From NCBI GenBank assembly GCA_009693575.1, contig SHWZ01000005.1:8327-72326 (forward strand): DNA of 64,000 bases, read 5' to 3'. Source of the DNA: Flavobacteriaceae bacterium (GTDB lineage Bacteria; Bacteroidota; Bacteroidia; UKL13-3). Numbering within the stretch: position 1 is the first letter of the stretch; each line of letters begins with the position of its first letter. The translations under genes and the position numbers were made by a program. Positions 19,721 through 30,136 of this stretch are shown here, in pieces. The notes below the pieces were generated by a model. The model was not told the origin of the DNA. It saw nothing but the letters and a program-made list of their open reading frames with translations, and made no database searches.

Positions 19721-21316
19721 ATGAGACACATGAATAAAAAGCTACAAAAAAATCTTTATACAATAGTTTTTGTGTGTGTCAGCCTCGGGGCATTTGCTCA
19801 AGGTCAACAAGCAGACAAATACTTATACGTGAGCAAGCAGACTGGTGAGTTTTGCCAGTTTCAAGGCGGTCAGGGTAAAACTACTGATAAGTATGAGCAT
19901 GGTGGAGTAACCAATGTGGTTGTGGATGGCCCCATCCAATATCAGGTGAACCCTGCCGACATGACCATAGGCATTAACCAAACCAAGAACTGGCAAGGTA
20001 AAGTGTGGCCAATCTTGGCACAATGCCCTGCTCCAGGTAACTCTGTGTGGTCAAAGCTAATAGCCCACTACGATGTGACCTATAGCCGCCCTCAAGGGGT
20101 TGGTATGGGTGGCAATGTGCAATCTACCTACGAATGTGGTGCAGGTTCTATTGACGATGGCTGTGCATTTCACGGCCCTGCTGGTGGCACCCACGAAATA
20201 ATAAATAAGATTGGTACTGAAGAACAGCCTTTCGAGGTGTTCAGTATCAACTGTGTTATTCCTGCGGCATTCACTTGCCAAAATGGAACAGCTACTCTTC
20301 ATGCTGACATTTACCCTGGAAACGGTGGCGATGTTACTTGGCAGACTCCTTTTGGGCAGTTGCAAGGAAATGACATCACTGTGAACCTCCCCGCCAATTT
20401 TAACAATATACCTGTAACTGCTACTTATACTGTATGTGGTTGCAGTTACACAGCCCAAGGCGTTATTCGTCCTAATAATTTTACTGGCTTTGGTCTACCT
20501 TGCTGCGTTAGCGGTACACAAGTTGTGGCCAATATAGCTGTTCTTCAGTTCGATGGCCCGTGTTGGCCTCCAGTAGTCTTCAGCCAAGCGGCTGTAGCCC
20601 CAATGCCCGACATGATGACTGCCGCACACACGGTTACGGCAATTTCGAATGGAGTGCCTTTTGTGGCTTCGACTGTGGCAGTTGCCGAAAACAATACTTG
20701 GACATACACCCCACTTGCAGTTGACTTTACCAAACTGGGCAAAATAGTAGAGACTATTGCCGATGCTGTGAAAAGCGTATCCGGCTCCCCATTTAGCCCA
20801 AGTGTAAATGTTACTGGTCAAATAAACATAGGCTCTGGAAAAATTTGTTGCCCAGGATTACCGAATTGCGTTCAAAACGCTGACAAAATTGAAGGACAAG
20901 TAGGTGTGGGAGCTTCTTTAAGTTGCCGATTCCCAGTATACGGAATACCTTATGTAGCCTCACTCGATGCTTTGCTTGATGTGGGGGTAAATGCTTCAGT
21001 AGGAGCAAATATAACAACTACTTGTACGGACCCTAAGGCTTGTATTACAGGAGCTGCTTCACTCACTCTTGGCCTTGGCCTTGGCCTGTCGCTAGCTGGT
21101 GGACTTGTAACCGCCGACCTGCGTGCAGTAGTCGAAGGTGCAGGGGTTGAACTCCAATATTGTTTTTTACCTGCACCTGCTACAGCAGCCTATACAGTAA
21201 CCCTTGGCAAGATAAAAATTGTTGGGTCAGTTACTACGCTAGAAATATTCAACTACTCGGTAGAGTATGTATTGTTTGAAGGCTGGCAGTCGGGCCCGCA
21301 TCCAATCAATCTTTAA
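19721..21316 (+). CDS. Secreted cysteine-rich hypothetical protein
   Basis: 531 aa with a signal peptide (AFA/Q) and 19 Cys; beta-rich; no recognised family. Confidence 0.85.
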   Translation: MRHMNKKLQKNLYTIVFVCVSLGAFAQGQQADKYLYVSKQTGEFCQFQGGQGKTTDKYEHGGVTNVVVDGPIQYQVNPADMTIGINQTKNWQGKVWPILAQCPAPGNSVWSKLIAHYDVTYSRPQGVGMGGNVQSTYECGAGSIDDGCAFHGPAGGTHEIINKIGTEEQPFEVFSINCVIPAAFTCQNGTATLHADIYPGNGGDVTWQTPFGQLQGNDITVNLPANFNNIPVTATYTVCGCSYTAQGVIRPNNFTGFGLPCCVSGTQVVANIAVLQFDGPCWPPVVFSQAAVAPMPDMMTAAHTVTAISNGVPFVASTVAVAENNTWTYTPLAVDFTKLGKIVETIADAVKSVSGSPFSPSVNVTGQINIGSGKICCPGLPNCVQNADKIEGQVGVGASLSCRFPVYGIPYVASLDALLDVGVNASVGANITTTCTDPKACITGAASLTLGLGLGLSLAGGLVTADLRAVVEGAGVELQYCFLPAPATAAYTVTLGKIKIVGSVTTLEIFNYSVEYVLFEGWQSGPHPINL

Positions 21317-21338
21317 TTTTTCAAGACCCATTGAAGTC

Positions 21339-22262
21339 ATGAAAAATATCATTCTAGCAAGTTTGATGGTGAATACATTCATCGCCGTCTCAGCAGAAGA
21401 CCGCATCCCCAAGTTTGAGGTTGCTCCGGTTGAAGTAGCTTTTTCTGCCACATTCACTGGAATACAGCCTGATGCCTCGCACAAGTCAGGCGACAACCTT
21501 ATTTACAAATTCACCGGCCAAGTGTTTGGCCCTGGAATGGACGGACAACTACAACTCGAAGGTTTCAGCGGCAAAACAGACCGCAAGACACCTTGGGAAA
21601 CACTCACCGAACTGGTGAACGCATACAAAAGGAAAGACTACGAAAAGATAATGTCCTTATATAGCAAAGTCAGCCGCGATGATTTGGATGCTATGCTGGC
21701 TGGCGACATGAAAGACAAATACCTGAACCATATAGGCAAAATACAGTCAGCACAGATTATTGCTGGATTTGAATACAAAGGTGGTTTCTTGGTAATATAC
21801 CAAGCCAAGGGAATAGGCATGAGCACCTGCTACATGACCCAAAGCAAAAAGAAGTTTCTGATTACTGCTTTCAAAGACGATGGCCCTGAGTCTTGGAACC
21901 TGTCACTATATTTCAAGTTCAAGCCTGAGCCAATGAAGCAACCTGAATTGATTACCAAAATGGATAGCTTTGAAGTATCAGACAGCAAAAGCTTTTCGTT
22001 CCGCCTGAGCAAGCCCGGCAATTGGCTGGTGGTGTTCAAAGACAAAGTAGGCGAAGGCACTCTTTATAATGCCCAAGATGGTAGCAACGGCGATGTAAAC
22101 AAAGAAGAAGGTGTAATGGATGTGGAGTTCAACAGCCGCAAGGTTTCGTCAAACAAAGACTACACACTCTACGCGGTGGAAACAAACTACCCCGTAACCA
22201 TGGTGACCGAAACATTGATAAAAAATGCCATGAGGTTTGGCTTCAGGGTTTACAAGAAATAA
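21339..22262 (+). CDS. Exported hypothetical protein (possible NTF2-like central domain)
   Basis: Signal-peptide-like N-terminus from ATG 21339; TPWETLTELVNAYKRKDYEKIMSLYS helix pair. Confidence 0.8.
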   Translation: MKNIILASLMVNTFIAVSAEDRIPKFEVAPVEVAFSATFTGIQPDASHKSGDNLIYKFTGQVFGPGMDGQLQLEGFSGKTDRKTPWETLTELVNAYKRKDYEKIMSLYSKVSRDDLDAMLAGDMKDKYLNHIGKIQSAQIIAGFEYKGGFLVIYQAKGIGMSTCYMTQSKKKFLITAFKDDGPESWNLSLYFKFKPEPMKQPELITKMDSFEVSDSKSFSFRLSKPGNWLVVFKDKVGEGTLYNAQDGSNGDVNKEEGVMDVEFNSRKVSSNKDYTLYAVETNYPVTMVTETLIKNAMRFGFRVYKK

Positions 22263-22279
22263 CCATAGATAACTTGACG

Positions 22280-22309
22280 AAAAGGCCGCTTACTTTGGGC
22301 GGCTTTTTT
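22280..22309. terminator. Bidirectional intrinsic terminator
   Basis: AAAAGGCCGC-loop-GCGGCTTTTTT between convergent genes. Confidence 0.85.
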
Positions 22310-22315
22310 AGTGTA

Positions 22316-23929
22316 TCAATGTTGAACTACTAACTTAATTGGTCTACTTAAGCCGATTTGCAACACATAAATTCCCGCAGCTAAATCTGCAATACGAAGG
22401 AGATTAATCCCTGCATGTAGCTGCTGATTTAATAGTGCTTTACCACTAATGTCAATTATGTTGGCAACGGCGATATTCGTTATTTCTATTGAAATTACAT
22501 CAGTCGCCGGATTTGGAAAAACGTTTAATTGCCTTGAGGCAACTTCTGCCACACCAATAGTACAGTTCATATCATTCAAGTATTTCAACGGCTTGTAGGC
22601 ATTCAGTCGGCCACCGCTTTTGGTGATGGTGGCAAGGGCAGTATTTGAGTCTGTATTGTTGAGCAGGATGCTGATAAGATCGGAAGCTATGGAGTCAGGC
22701 TTTTGGTTGTATAAGTGCAAATACTTGGGGCAAGCTGCCGAAAACATCAAACCCACCACCCCTGCTACTTGCGGACTGGCAAAGGAAGTGCCGCCGTCTT
22801 CGGTATATCCGTTGGAGGTGGTGGTGCAGAGTATATCTACTCCAGGAGCTGCAATATCCACTGCGTTTTTGCCGTAGCCACAGCCATTAACCTTTTTGTC
22901 GTCACGGTCGGTACTTGTCACCATTATCAAAAACTTGCTGGAGCAACTTGTTGGAATATCAAAGCTGGTGTCAATATTTTGAGAGAAGTTGGAAGTGCTT
23001 GCCACCGAAATTATCCCCGCCTTGCCCAGCGAATCATACATTCTGCACCAAATAGGGAAATCAGCAGGCATGCCAAAATCAACCCCAAAGGAGGAGTTGA
23101 CACAGACCACAAAAGCCCCCTTTTGTCCGTTGCTGTTGTTATACATCCTTCTCATTTTCAGGATATATGCATAACTCTCCACCACACTGCTTTCTACATT
23201 GGTGAAGCAGGCCACAGGCAGCATCTTTATGTTCCAGTTCACACCCGAAATGCCAATCTTATTATTACCCGTTGCCCCAATAATACCCATCACTTGTGTG
23301 CCGTGGGGAAGTGGGAGAATATTGTCGTTGCCATTGGGAACATCCAGCCCACGATAGTCGTCTTTGTAGCCATTGCCGTCATCATCGAGGTTGTTGCCGG
23401 GTATTTCATTGCGGTTCACAAAAAGGTTGGCCACCAAGTCGGGGTGGTTCAAATCCATGCCGCCATCCACCATGGCTACCACAATGGTATCTCCATTTTT
23501 AGTGACCCCGCCTGTGCTAATGTCCCATGCTTTAGTAACGGCAATATCCGCCCCGGCAGTGCCACCATTTTGACCCGTATTCAGCAAACCGTATTGTTGG
23601 GCAAACAAGCTGTCGTTGGGTGTTTTGCTTCGCAATGTCACGCGGTGGTTTAGCTGCACTGCATCTACTTCGGGCAAGGTGTTCATTGCATCCAAGGCTT
23701 GCTCATCCGTATATTTTTTTGCATCATATTGCAGCAACCACAGCCCCATCTCCATCGAAATCTTTTGCTTTACTTGGATGCCATCCGGCAAATGCGTGAC
23801 AAGGGATTCAAAGTCATCAGCTTGTTTCAGGGCTACTATTAGTTCCCCGGCAACAGCATTGGTTTGTGCCGAAACACTCAACCGAAGAAGGCAGGAGAAA
23901 AGCAGAGGTGCTATTGTCAAACGGAGCAT
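22316..23929 (-). CDS. S8 subtilisin-like serine peptidase with T9SS type A C-terminal domain
   Basis: Catalytic triad motifs VAMVDGG, HGTQVMG and GTSFASPQVAG; CTD VFPNPA...GIYVL. Confidence 0.95.
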   Translation of the reverse strand: MLRLTIAPLLFSCLLRLSVSAQTNAVAGELIVALKQADDFESLVTHLPDGIQVKQKISMEMGLWLLQYDAKKYTDEQALDAMNTLPEVDAVQLNHRVTLRSKTPNDSLFAQQYGLLNTGQNGGTAGADIAVTKAWDISTGGVTKNGDTIVVAMVDGGMDLNHPDLVANLFVNRNEIPGNNLDDDGNGYKDDYRGLDVPNGNDNILPLPHGTQVMGIIGATGNNKIGISGVNWNIKMLPVACFTNVESSVVESYAYILKMRRMYNNSNGQKGAFVVCVNSSFGVDFGMPADFPIWCRMYDSLGKAGIISVASTSNFSQNIDTSFDIPTSCSSKFLIMVTSTDRDDKKVNGCGYGKNAVDIAAPGVDILCTTTSNGYTEDGGTSFASPQVAGVVGLMFSAACPKYLHLYNQKPDSIASDLISILLNNTDSNTALATITKSGGRLNAYKPLKYLNDMNCTIGVAEVASRQLNVFPNPATDVISIEITNIAVANIIDISGKALLNQQLHAGINLLRIADLAAGIYVLQIGLSRPIKLVVQH

Positions 23930-23971
23930 AGTCGAAGTATTTTTTGTAGTAGTTAAATGCAATAAAGACCT

Positions 23972-24388
23972 TTAGGGTTGCACCAACTTTGGCACTAGGT
24001 CGAACGATTTTTTGCCATGTTTCATCTTCAAGGTATAATAGAAATCCAAGTTGGTTGACAGTAGAAAGGTGTCGCACCGTGTGCTGTCTTGCCGCTTGTA
24101 AAGCACAGCCTGGCAAGGTGGTTCGCCATCCAGCCACATCCGGCCATACACTTTCGATTGAGTGATATTTCCGCTGCTATCAATATGTATGTTCACTGGG
24201 TTTTTGCGATTGCTACCTGTGTAAAACAAGTCGAAATCGCCAGCTAAAAGAAAAGGTTTTGCCGTATCAATAGGTAGGGTAGAGTTGTCTTTTGTAGGCT
24301 TGATTGAAGCTTTAGGTATCATTTTTTTATCCTGCCCAGATTGGCCACTGCCAAACAATACTATTGTGCAATAAATCCATTTTTTCAC
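23972..24388 (-). CDS. Hypothetical exported protein
   Basis: 138-aa ORF with signal-like N-terminus; promoter-like TACTTTTG just upstream on the minus strand. Confidence 0.6.
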   Translation of the reverse strand: MKKWIYCTIVLFGSGQSGQDKKMIPKASIKPTKDNSTLPIDTAKPFLLAGDFDLFYTGSNRKNPVNIHIDSSGNITQSKVYGRMWLDGEPPCQAVLYKRQDSTRCDTFLLSTNLDFYYTLKMKHGKKSFDLVPKLVQP

Positions 24389-24423
24389 TGGGCAAAAGTA
24401 AAGTGGCTTCTACATTTGCCGCA

Positions 24424-25023
24424 ATGTTTATAGAACCACGCCGTAGTAAAGCCCATCGTGGATGGATAGAGGTAGTATGCGGAAGTATGTTTTCGGGAAA
24501 GACTGAAGAACTCATTCGCCGTTTGAAACGAGCCAAGATTGCCAACCAAAAAGTTGAAATTTTCAAGCCTGCCATCGATGTTCGTTACGATGAAAAGAAA
24601 GTAGTAAGCCACGACCAAAATTCTATCATGAGCACCCCAGTAGCCAACAGCCTCGAAATTTTACCACTGATAAACAACATGGAAGTAGTAGGCATTGACG
24701 AAGCCCAGTTTTTCGATGAAGACCTGCCAGCAGTATGCGAAGCCATAGCCAACCGTGGCATCCGTGTCATAATTGCAGGTCTGGATATGGATTATTTGGG
24801 CAAACCATTTGGCCCCATGTCAGCATTGATGAGCATTGCTGAATATGTGACTAAGGTACATGCTATTTGCATGGTATGCGGTGATATTGCATCACACTCC
24901 TACCGCCACCACAAAGGCGACATATTGGTGATGCTTGGCGAACAAGATGTATATGAGCCTCGATGCAGGCAGTGTTTCGAAGAAGGCATGGTTAAAGAAA
25001 ATCCTACCCTTTTCCCTGATTGA
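24424..25023 (+). CDS. tdk: Thymidine kinase
   Basis: [21 protein letters not shown] and CRQC zinc motifs; promoter TACATTTG at 24411-18. Confidence 0.97.
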   Translation: MFIEPRRSKAHRGWIEVVCGSMFSGKTEELIRRLKRAKIANQKVEIFKPAIDVRYDEKKVVSHDQNSIMSTPVANSLEILPLINNMEVVGIDEAQFFDEDLPAVCEAIANRGIRVIIAGLDMDYLGKPFGPMSALMSIAEYVTKVHAICMVCGDIASHSYRHHKGDILVMLGEQDVYEPRCRQCFEEGMVKENPTLFPD

Positions 25024-25031
25024 TGCCTCTA

Positions 25032-25994
25032 TCACTTCTTAAACACCCTCACAGCACACCAGCCCAAAACGGGCAGGGTTAAAGTAGCAGCGAATGCAGT
25101 GATGCAAGGTAAGAAGCAGCAAAGTACCGCCGCAAATAGTAGGTAATACAAAGGATAAAGCAGAATCAAAAAACCAAACAACATGGAGTCATAGAACACA
25201 CTACCCTGGTTCAATTTGGCTGCAATTCTATTCAGAGGATAGTAAAATGGTGCATTGCACAACCAGCCTAGCAAAGCAGGGGCAAGTAGCAGCAACCGAA
25301 GAAGCATCGGAGTATCGTGGTGCAGTTTCATCACCTTTTCTTTGTCCCAAGTCAGTGGCTTCATTCGGCCCTCCAGCAAGGTGTTGAATCGGTTGAGGCA
25401 AGCAGCATCCATGGATGGTTCCCCTACATCGGCAATAGCTATTGGTTTATCATACACCATCTCAAGGCTCTTGCCTGGCCCTGCAAATGAAGTATAGTTG
25501 AGCCCGGTTGGAATTATCCTCAGTTTGTCTTTTAGTTCAGGATCAAGAAATGCTTGCATGGCCACTCTTGCCAATCCTTTTTTCAAGGGTCTAAGTTTAT
25601 ACTCATGCACACAAAGGCCCTCCGGATAAAAATAGATGATGCCATTGTTTTTGAGTGTCTTTCGGCATAGTTCGAACAGTTCATCATTTTTCAGTACATG
25701 CTCACGTCCACCATCGTTTCCACGATATGCTGGAATCATATGCAGACCATTAAAAATTTTACGAAGTAGCCCTTTTTTAAACACATCCCCTCGCACCACA
25801 GTATGGCCGGGTTCTTTCATCATAGCACCCTGAACCACGGTATCGAAAAAAGAGTTTGGGTGGTTGCTAGCCATTATTGCAGGCCCTTTCAGGTTTCGCA
25901 CCCAATCAGGTGGCGTATTCCTTTTTTTGAAATAGATATAGGCAGCAGGCCTAGCCAGAAAGGTGGCAAATCGGTATAAAAAATTTGGTTTCAT
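25032..25994 (-). CDS. PlsC-family glycerolipid acyltransferase
   Basis: NHPNSFFD (HX4D), YPEG and C-terminal TM helices. Confidence 0.9.
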   Translation of the reverse strand: MKPNFLYRFATFLARPAAYIYFKKRNTPPDWVRNLKGPAIMASNHPNSFFDTVVQGAMMKEPGHTVVRGDVFKKGLLRKIFNGLHMIPAYRGNDGGREHVLKNDELFELCRKTLKNNGIIYFYPEGLCVHEYKLRPLKKGLARVAMQAFLDPELKDKLRIIPTGLNYTSFAGPGKSLEMVYDKPIAIADVGEPSMDAACLNRFNTLLEGRMKPLTWDKEKVMKLHHDTPMLLRLLLLAPALLGWLCNAPFYYPLNRIAAKLNQGSVFYDSMLFGFLILLYPLYYLLFAAVLCCFLPCITAFAATLTLPVLGWCAVRVFKK

Positions 25995-28822
25995 TACTTG
26001 CTCAAATACATACTTTTCTCTTTGTAAAGCTGCCTGAAGTAAGGGTCGTAAAGGTCCTTGATAAATAGGATGGCTTCGCCCGTTGATTTCATTTCTGGGC
26101 CCAGTTCTTTTTCAATTTCTGGAAACTTGTTGTAGGAGAAAACAGGTTCTTTGATGGCAAATCCTTCCAGCTTTCGCATGATGTTGAAGTCTTTGAGTTT
26201 TTTAGCTCCGAGCATTACCTGCGTAGCTATGTTGATATAAGGAACTTGATAGGCTTTGGCAATGAAAGGCACGGTGCGGCTGGCTCGGGGGTTGGCTTCA
26301 ATCACATACACATAGTTATCTTTGATGGCAAACTGTATATTCAACAATCCCCGAATGTTCATGCTATGTGCCAGTTTCACCGCATAGTCGGTCATGGTTT
26401 TAACCACACCTGCATTCAACGTAAAAGGAGGCAGCACCGCCGATGAATCTCCGCTGTGAATTCCAGCGGGCTCTATGTGTTCCATCACTCCTATGATATG
26501 AACATCATCACCATCGCATATACAGTCCACCTCAGCTTCCTCAGCCCTGTCCAGAAAGTGGTCAATCAGCACCCGGTTGCCAGGAAGTTCCCTTAAAAGA
26601 TTTACTACAGCAGTTTCAAGTTCCTCGTCGTTTATTACTATTTTCATGCCTTGTCCACCTAGCACATAGCTAGGTCTCACCAGCACAGGGTAGCCCACTT
26701 CCTTGGCCACTTGGATGGCTTCGTCAGCAGTTTCGGCAACTCCATATTGTGGGTAGGGGATGCCTAGTTCTTTGAGCAGGTCGCTAAACAATCCCCTGTC
26801 TTCGGCAGTGTCCATGTCCTCGTAGCTTGTGCCAATGATGGGTATGCTATGTTCTTTCAGTTTCTTGGAAAGTTTCAAGGCTGTTTGGCCACCCAGTTGC
26901 ACAATTACCCCTTCTGGTTTTTCATGTAGAATTATCTCTCGCAAATGTTCCCAAAATACTGGTTCAAAGTATAGCTTGTCGGCCATGTCGAAGTCTGTAC
27001 TTACCGTTTCGGGGTTGCAATTTATCATGATAGCTTCGTAACCACATTCTTGAGCAGCCATCAGACCGTGTACACAGCTATAATCGAACTCGATGCCCTG
27101 CCCTATTCGGTTAGGCCCTGAACCCAGCACTATAATTTTTTTCTTGTTGGATGTTATGGATTCGTTGCTTTCAGCTACTCGCTGCTCAAATGTACTATAA
27201 AAATAATTGGTACTACTCTCAAACTCTGCCGCACAGGTGTCCACCATTTTGTAACTGCGTTTGATGTCCATCTCGTGGTAGCGTTTGTCGAACACTTCGT
27301 CTTCGGTGCAACCAACCAAATAAGCTATCTGCACATCACTGTAGCCCATGCGTTTCAGTTCGGCCATCAGCGGTATTGCTATATTCTGAATAGTATATCG
27401 CTTGGCCTCGATTTCAATAGTTACCAAGTCTTGCAACTGCATCAAAAACCAACGGTCAATCCGAGTTGCTTTTTCAATACTGCTAATTGGCACACCAAGG
27501 CTGAGGGCATCTTTGAGATGAAAAATTCGATCCCAACTTGGGTGAGCAAGGCTTTCCATTATCTGATCCAAATTGCGAAGCTGTTTTCCGTCAGCCCCCA
27601 AGCCTGAGCGGTTAATTTCCAAGCTCTGAATTGCTTTTTGCAAAGCCTCCAAGAAGCTGCGACCAATGCCCATTACTTCACCAACACTTTTCATTTGTAT
27701 ACCAAGTGTTTTATTCGCACCTTTGAATTTATCAAAATTCCAACGAGGTATTTTTACTATTACATAATCCAACGCAGGCTCAAAGTATGCGGAAGTGGTT
27801 TTGGTCACTGGATTCATTAGCTCGTCCAATGTAAAACCAATGGCTAATTTGCTGGCTATTTTGGCTATGGGATAGCCTGTGGCTTTGCTTGCAAGAGCTG
27901 AAGATCGGCTTACCCGTGGATTGATTTCTACAGAGATGATTTCTTCGTCCTCTGGGTTCACAGCAAACTGCACATTGCAGCCACCAGCGAAGGTGCCTAT
28001 ACTCCGAATCATGTGGATGGCTTGACTTCGCATTTCTTGGAAACAAGTATCACTCAAAGTCATGGCAGGAGCTACTGTAATGCTATCTCCCGTATGTATT
28101 CCCATTGGGTCAAAATTTTCGATAGTACATATCACAGCCACGTTGTCATTACTGTCTCGTAGAAGCTCTAGTTCATATTCTTTCCAACCAATCACGGCTT
28201 TTTCAACCAAAACTTCATGGGTAGGGCTGGCCTTCAATCCACGCATCAAGGCAGTGTCAAAATCTTCTTTTTTATGAATAATTCCTCCACCATAGCCGCC
28301 CAAGGTATAGCTGGGGCGAATCACCAGAGGGAAACCGATTCGTTGGGCAATTTCCTTTCCCTCCAAAAAGGAATTAGCTACATCAGAAGGTGCGACACCC
28401 ACCCCAATCTCAATCATCAATTTACGGAATTTGTCGCGGTTTTCGGTACTTTCTATGGCTGCAATGTCAACCCCAATGATCCGCACTTTATACTTTTCCC
28501 AGATGCCGAGTTCGTCGGCTTCTTTACAAAGGTTGAGAGCAGTTTGGCCGCCCATTGTTGGTAGCACTGCATCTATTTGTTGCTCCTCTAATATCTGTAC
28601 AATGCTTTCAACCGTGAGCGGTTTCAAATACACATGGTCGGCCATCACCGGGTCGGTCATGATGGTTGCTGGATTGCTATTGATAAGTGTTACAGAAATT
28701 CCTTCTTCTCGAAGGGAGCGGGCTGCTTGGGTGCCGCTGTAGTCAAATTCGCAGGCTTGGCCTATGATTATGGGGCCTGAGCCAATGATGAGAACCGACT
28801 TTATTGAGTTGTCTTTGGGCAT
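25994..28822 (-). CDS. carB: Carbamoyl-phosphate synthase large subunit
   Basis: GSGPIIIGQACEFDYSG, two ATP-grasp halves and EMKSTGE; start MPKD at 28822. Confidence 0.98.
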   Translation of the reverse strand: MPKDNSIKSVLIIGSGPIIIGQACEFDYSGTQAARSLREEGISVTLINSNPATIMTDPVMADHVYLKPLTVESIVQILEEQQIDAVLPTMGGQTALNLCKEADELGIWEKYKVRIIGVDIAAIESTENRDKFRKLMIEIGVGVAPSDVANSFLEGKEIAQRIGFPLVIRPSYTLGGYGGGIIHKKEDFDTALMRGLKASPTHEVLVEKAVIGWKEYELELLRDSNDNVAVICTIENFDPMGIHTGDSITVAPAMTLSDTCFQEMRSQAIHMIRSIGTFAGGCNVQFAVNPEDEEIISVEINPRVSRSSALASKATGYPIAKIASKLAIGFTLDELMNPVTKTTSAYFEPALDYVIVKIPRWNFDKFKGANKTLGIQMKSVGEVMGIGRSFLEALQKAIQSLEINRSGLGADGKQLRNLDQIMESLAHPSWDRIFHLKDALSLGVPISSIEKATRIDRWFLMQLQDLVTIEIEAKRYTIQNIAIPLMAELKRMGYSDVQIAYLVGCTEDEVFDKRYHEMDIKRSYKMVDTCAAEFESSTNYFYSTFEQRVAESNESITSNKKKIIVLGSGPNRIGQGIEFDYSCVHGLMAAQECGYEAIMINCNPETVSTDFDMADKLYFEPVFWEHLREIILHEKPEGVIVQLGGQTALKLSKKLKEHSIPIIGTSYEDMDTAEDRGLFSDLLKELGIPYPQYGVAETADEAIQVAKEVGYPVLVRPSYVLGGQGMKIVINDEELETAVVNLLRELPGNRVLIDHFLDRAEEAEVDCICDGDDVHIIGVMEHIEPAGIHSGDSSAVLPPFTLNAGVVKTMTDYAVKLAHSMNIRGLLNIQFAIKDNYVYVIEANPRASRTVPFIAKAYQVPYINIATQVMLGAKKLKDFNIMRKLEGFAIKEPVFSYNKFPEIEKELGPEMKSTGEAILFIKDLYDPYFRQLYKEKSMYLSK

Positions 28823-28932
28823 TTTTTTTTTATCCCGCCTGTGCGGGACATCCAAAAATGTGTTTGAGAAAGTGTTGCAAAATTAAGGGAAAATGGTTTT
28901 GTAGTCAGAACGATTCTATCCACAAAATGATG

Positions 28933-29650
28933 CTATACTTGATGCAAGCCACTGCATGTCGAACCGTTCGTAGGGATACGAGGTATTAGGAAAAACGTCC
29001 AATTGTCGTTTCTTAAGCATTGAATAGTCATGTGCCGTATTGGCAACTCCTTCCGAAGTATCAAGGTCACCGATGCCAAGCCAGGGGAAGAATTGCCAAA
29101 ACCTCTTCGCTCAGGTATTGCTTTGTTACTAAGTAAATAAGCAAGACGTTGGGTTTTTCCAGCAAATTTTTCCATCCATATATATGTGTTTTGCCCAACT
29201 GAGCTGCAAAAAGAGGAAGCTTTTCCTCTAGCTTTGAGGCATCCATCATGCGAAATTTTTTAAAAAACTGCCTCATCCCTCTTCAGCATTGTTCCCAAAG
29301 TAAAAACCATGGAGACCCTTTCAAGGCTGGTATTTGCCAAATGTAAATCCATATACCCACCCCTGATGTGGCCAAAAAGGTTGGCCTGCTTAATCTGGTT
29401 TTCATCCATAAATCTCAACCTGATCATCCAGAAACTGAATGCTGAATTCCTCAATAAAAGCTATTTCGCCATCCCATAAAACTAAGGTGAGAAAATGCCC
29501 CAAGTTTGGCGGAGCATTTTTTTTTTAGTGAGTCAAATTGTTAGGTACATCCAAGTGCCTCTTGAAGGAGGATGAGTATGTTCATAGCAGTGAGCAAAGA
29601 ATATTCAGCAACATAAAATTCATTTATTCAGCATTGCCATAGCGTACTTT
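28933..29650 (-). pseudogene. Probable decayed gene of unknown family
   Basis: Staggered short minus-strand ORFs (29260-29454, 29067-29276, 28933-29175) join plausibly by frameshifts, for example at the T6A6 run near 29260. Confidence 0.4.
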
Positions 29651-29701
29651 TGAAATCTAATCTTTTTCAATTGTCCAAGTACGATTCATTATATTAATAA
29701 T

Positions 29702-30136
29702 ATGGAAACCCACGAACGCTTTATGCGAGAGGCATTGAAAGAGGCACAGAAAGCTTTTGATGCGAAGGAAGTACCTGTTGGATGCGTAGTGGTGTGCCAA
29801 GGTGTAGTAATTGGTCGAGGCCATAACCTCACCGAGCGGCTTACGGATGCAACTGCTCACGCAGAGATGCAAGCTATCACAGCTGCTGCAAATCATATTG
29901 GTGGTAAATACCTGATTGAGTGTGCCCTGTATGTGACTCTTGAACCTTGTGTGATGTGTGCCGGAGCTATTTATTGGAGTCAGCTTGGTGGGCTGGTATG
30001 GGGTGCAAGTGATGAAAAGCGAGGGTTCAGCAAGATATCTCCGACAATCATTCACCCAAAAACCGAAGTGACCAAAGGCGTACTTGCCGAAGAGTCTGAA
30101 AAGTTGCTGAAAGATTTTTTTAAGAAGTTGCGTTAA
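29702..30136 (+). CDS. tadA: tRNA adenosine deaminase / nucleoside deaminase
   Basis: EVPVG, HAE and TLEPCVMCAGA motifs. Confidence 0.92.
   Translation: METHERFMREALKEAQKAFDAKEVPVGCVVVCQGVVIGRGHNLTERLTDATAHAEMQAITAAANHIGGKYLIECALYVTLEPCVMCAGAIYWSQLGGLVWGASDEKRGFSKISPTIIHPKTEVTKGVLAEESEKLLKDFFKKLR

Noticed and set aside
21068-21088. CTTGGC hexamer repeat
   Set aside because: It is in frame and encodes LGLGLGL, so it is part of the protein rather than a contingency locus.
22715-23653. 312-aa plus-strand ORF
   Set aside because: Antisense shadow of the S8 peptidase.
25994-28822. CarB lacking the C-terminal allosteric (MGS) domain
   Set aside because: A short CarB of about 940-950 aa is common in Bacteroidota, and the ORF ends cleanly against the next gene.
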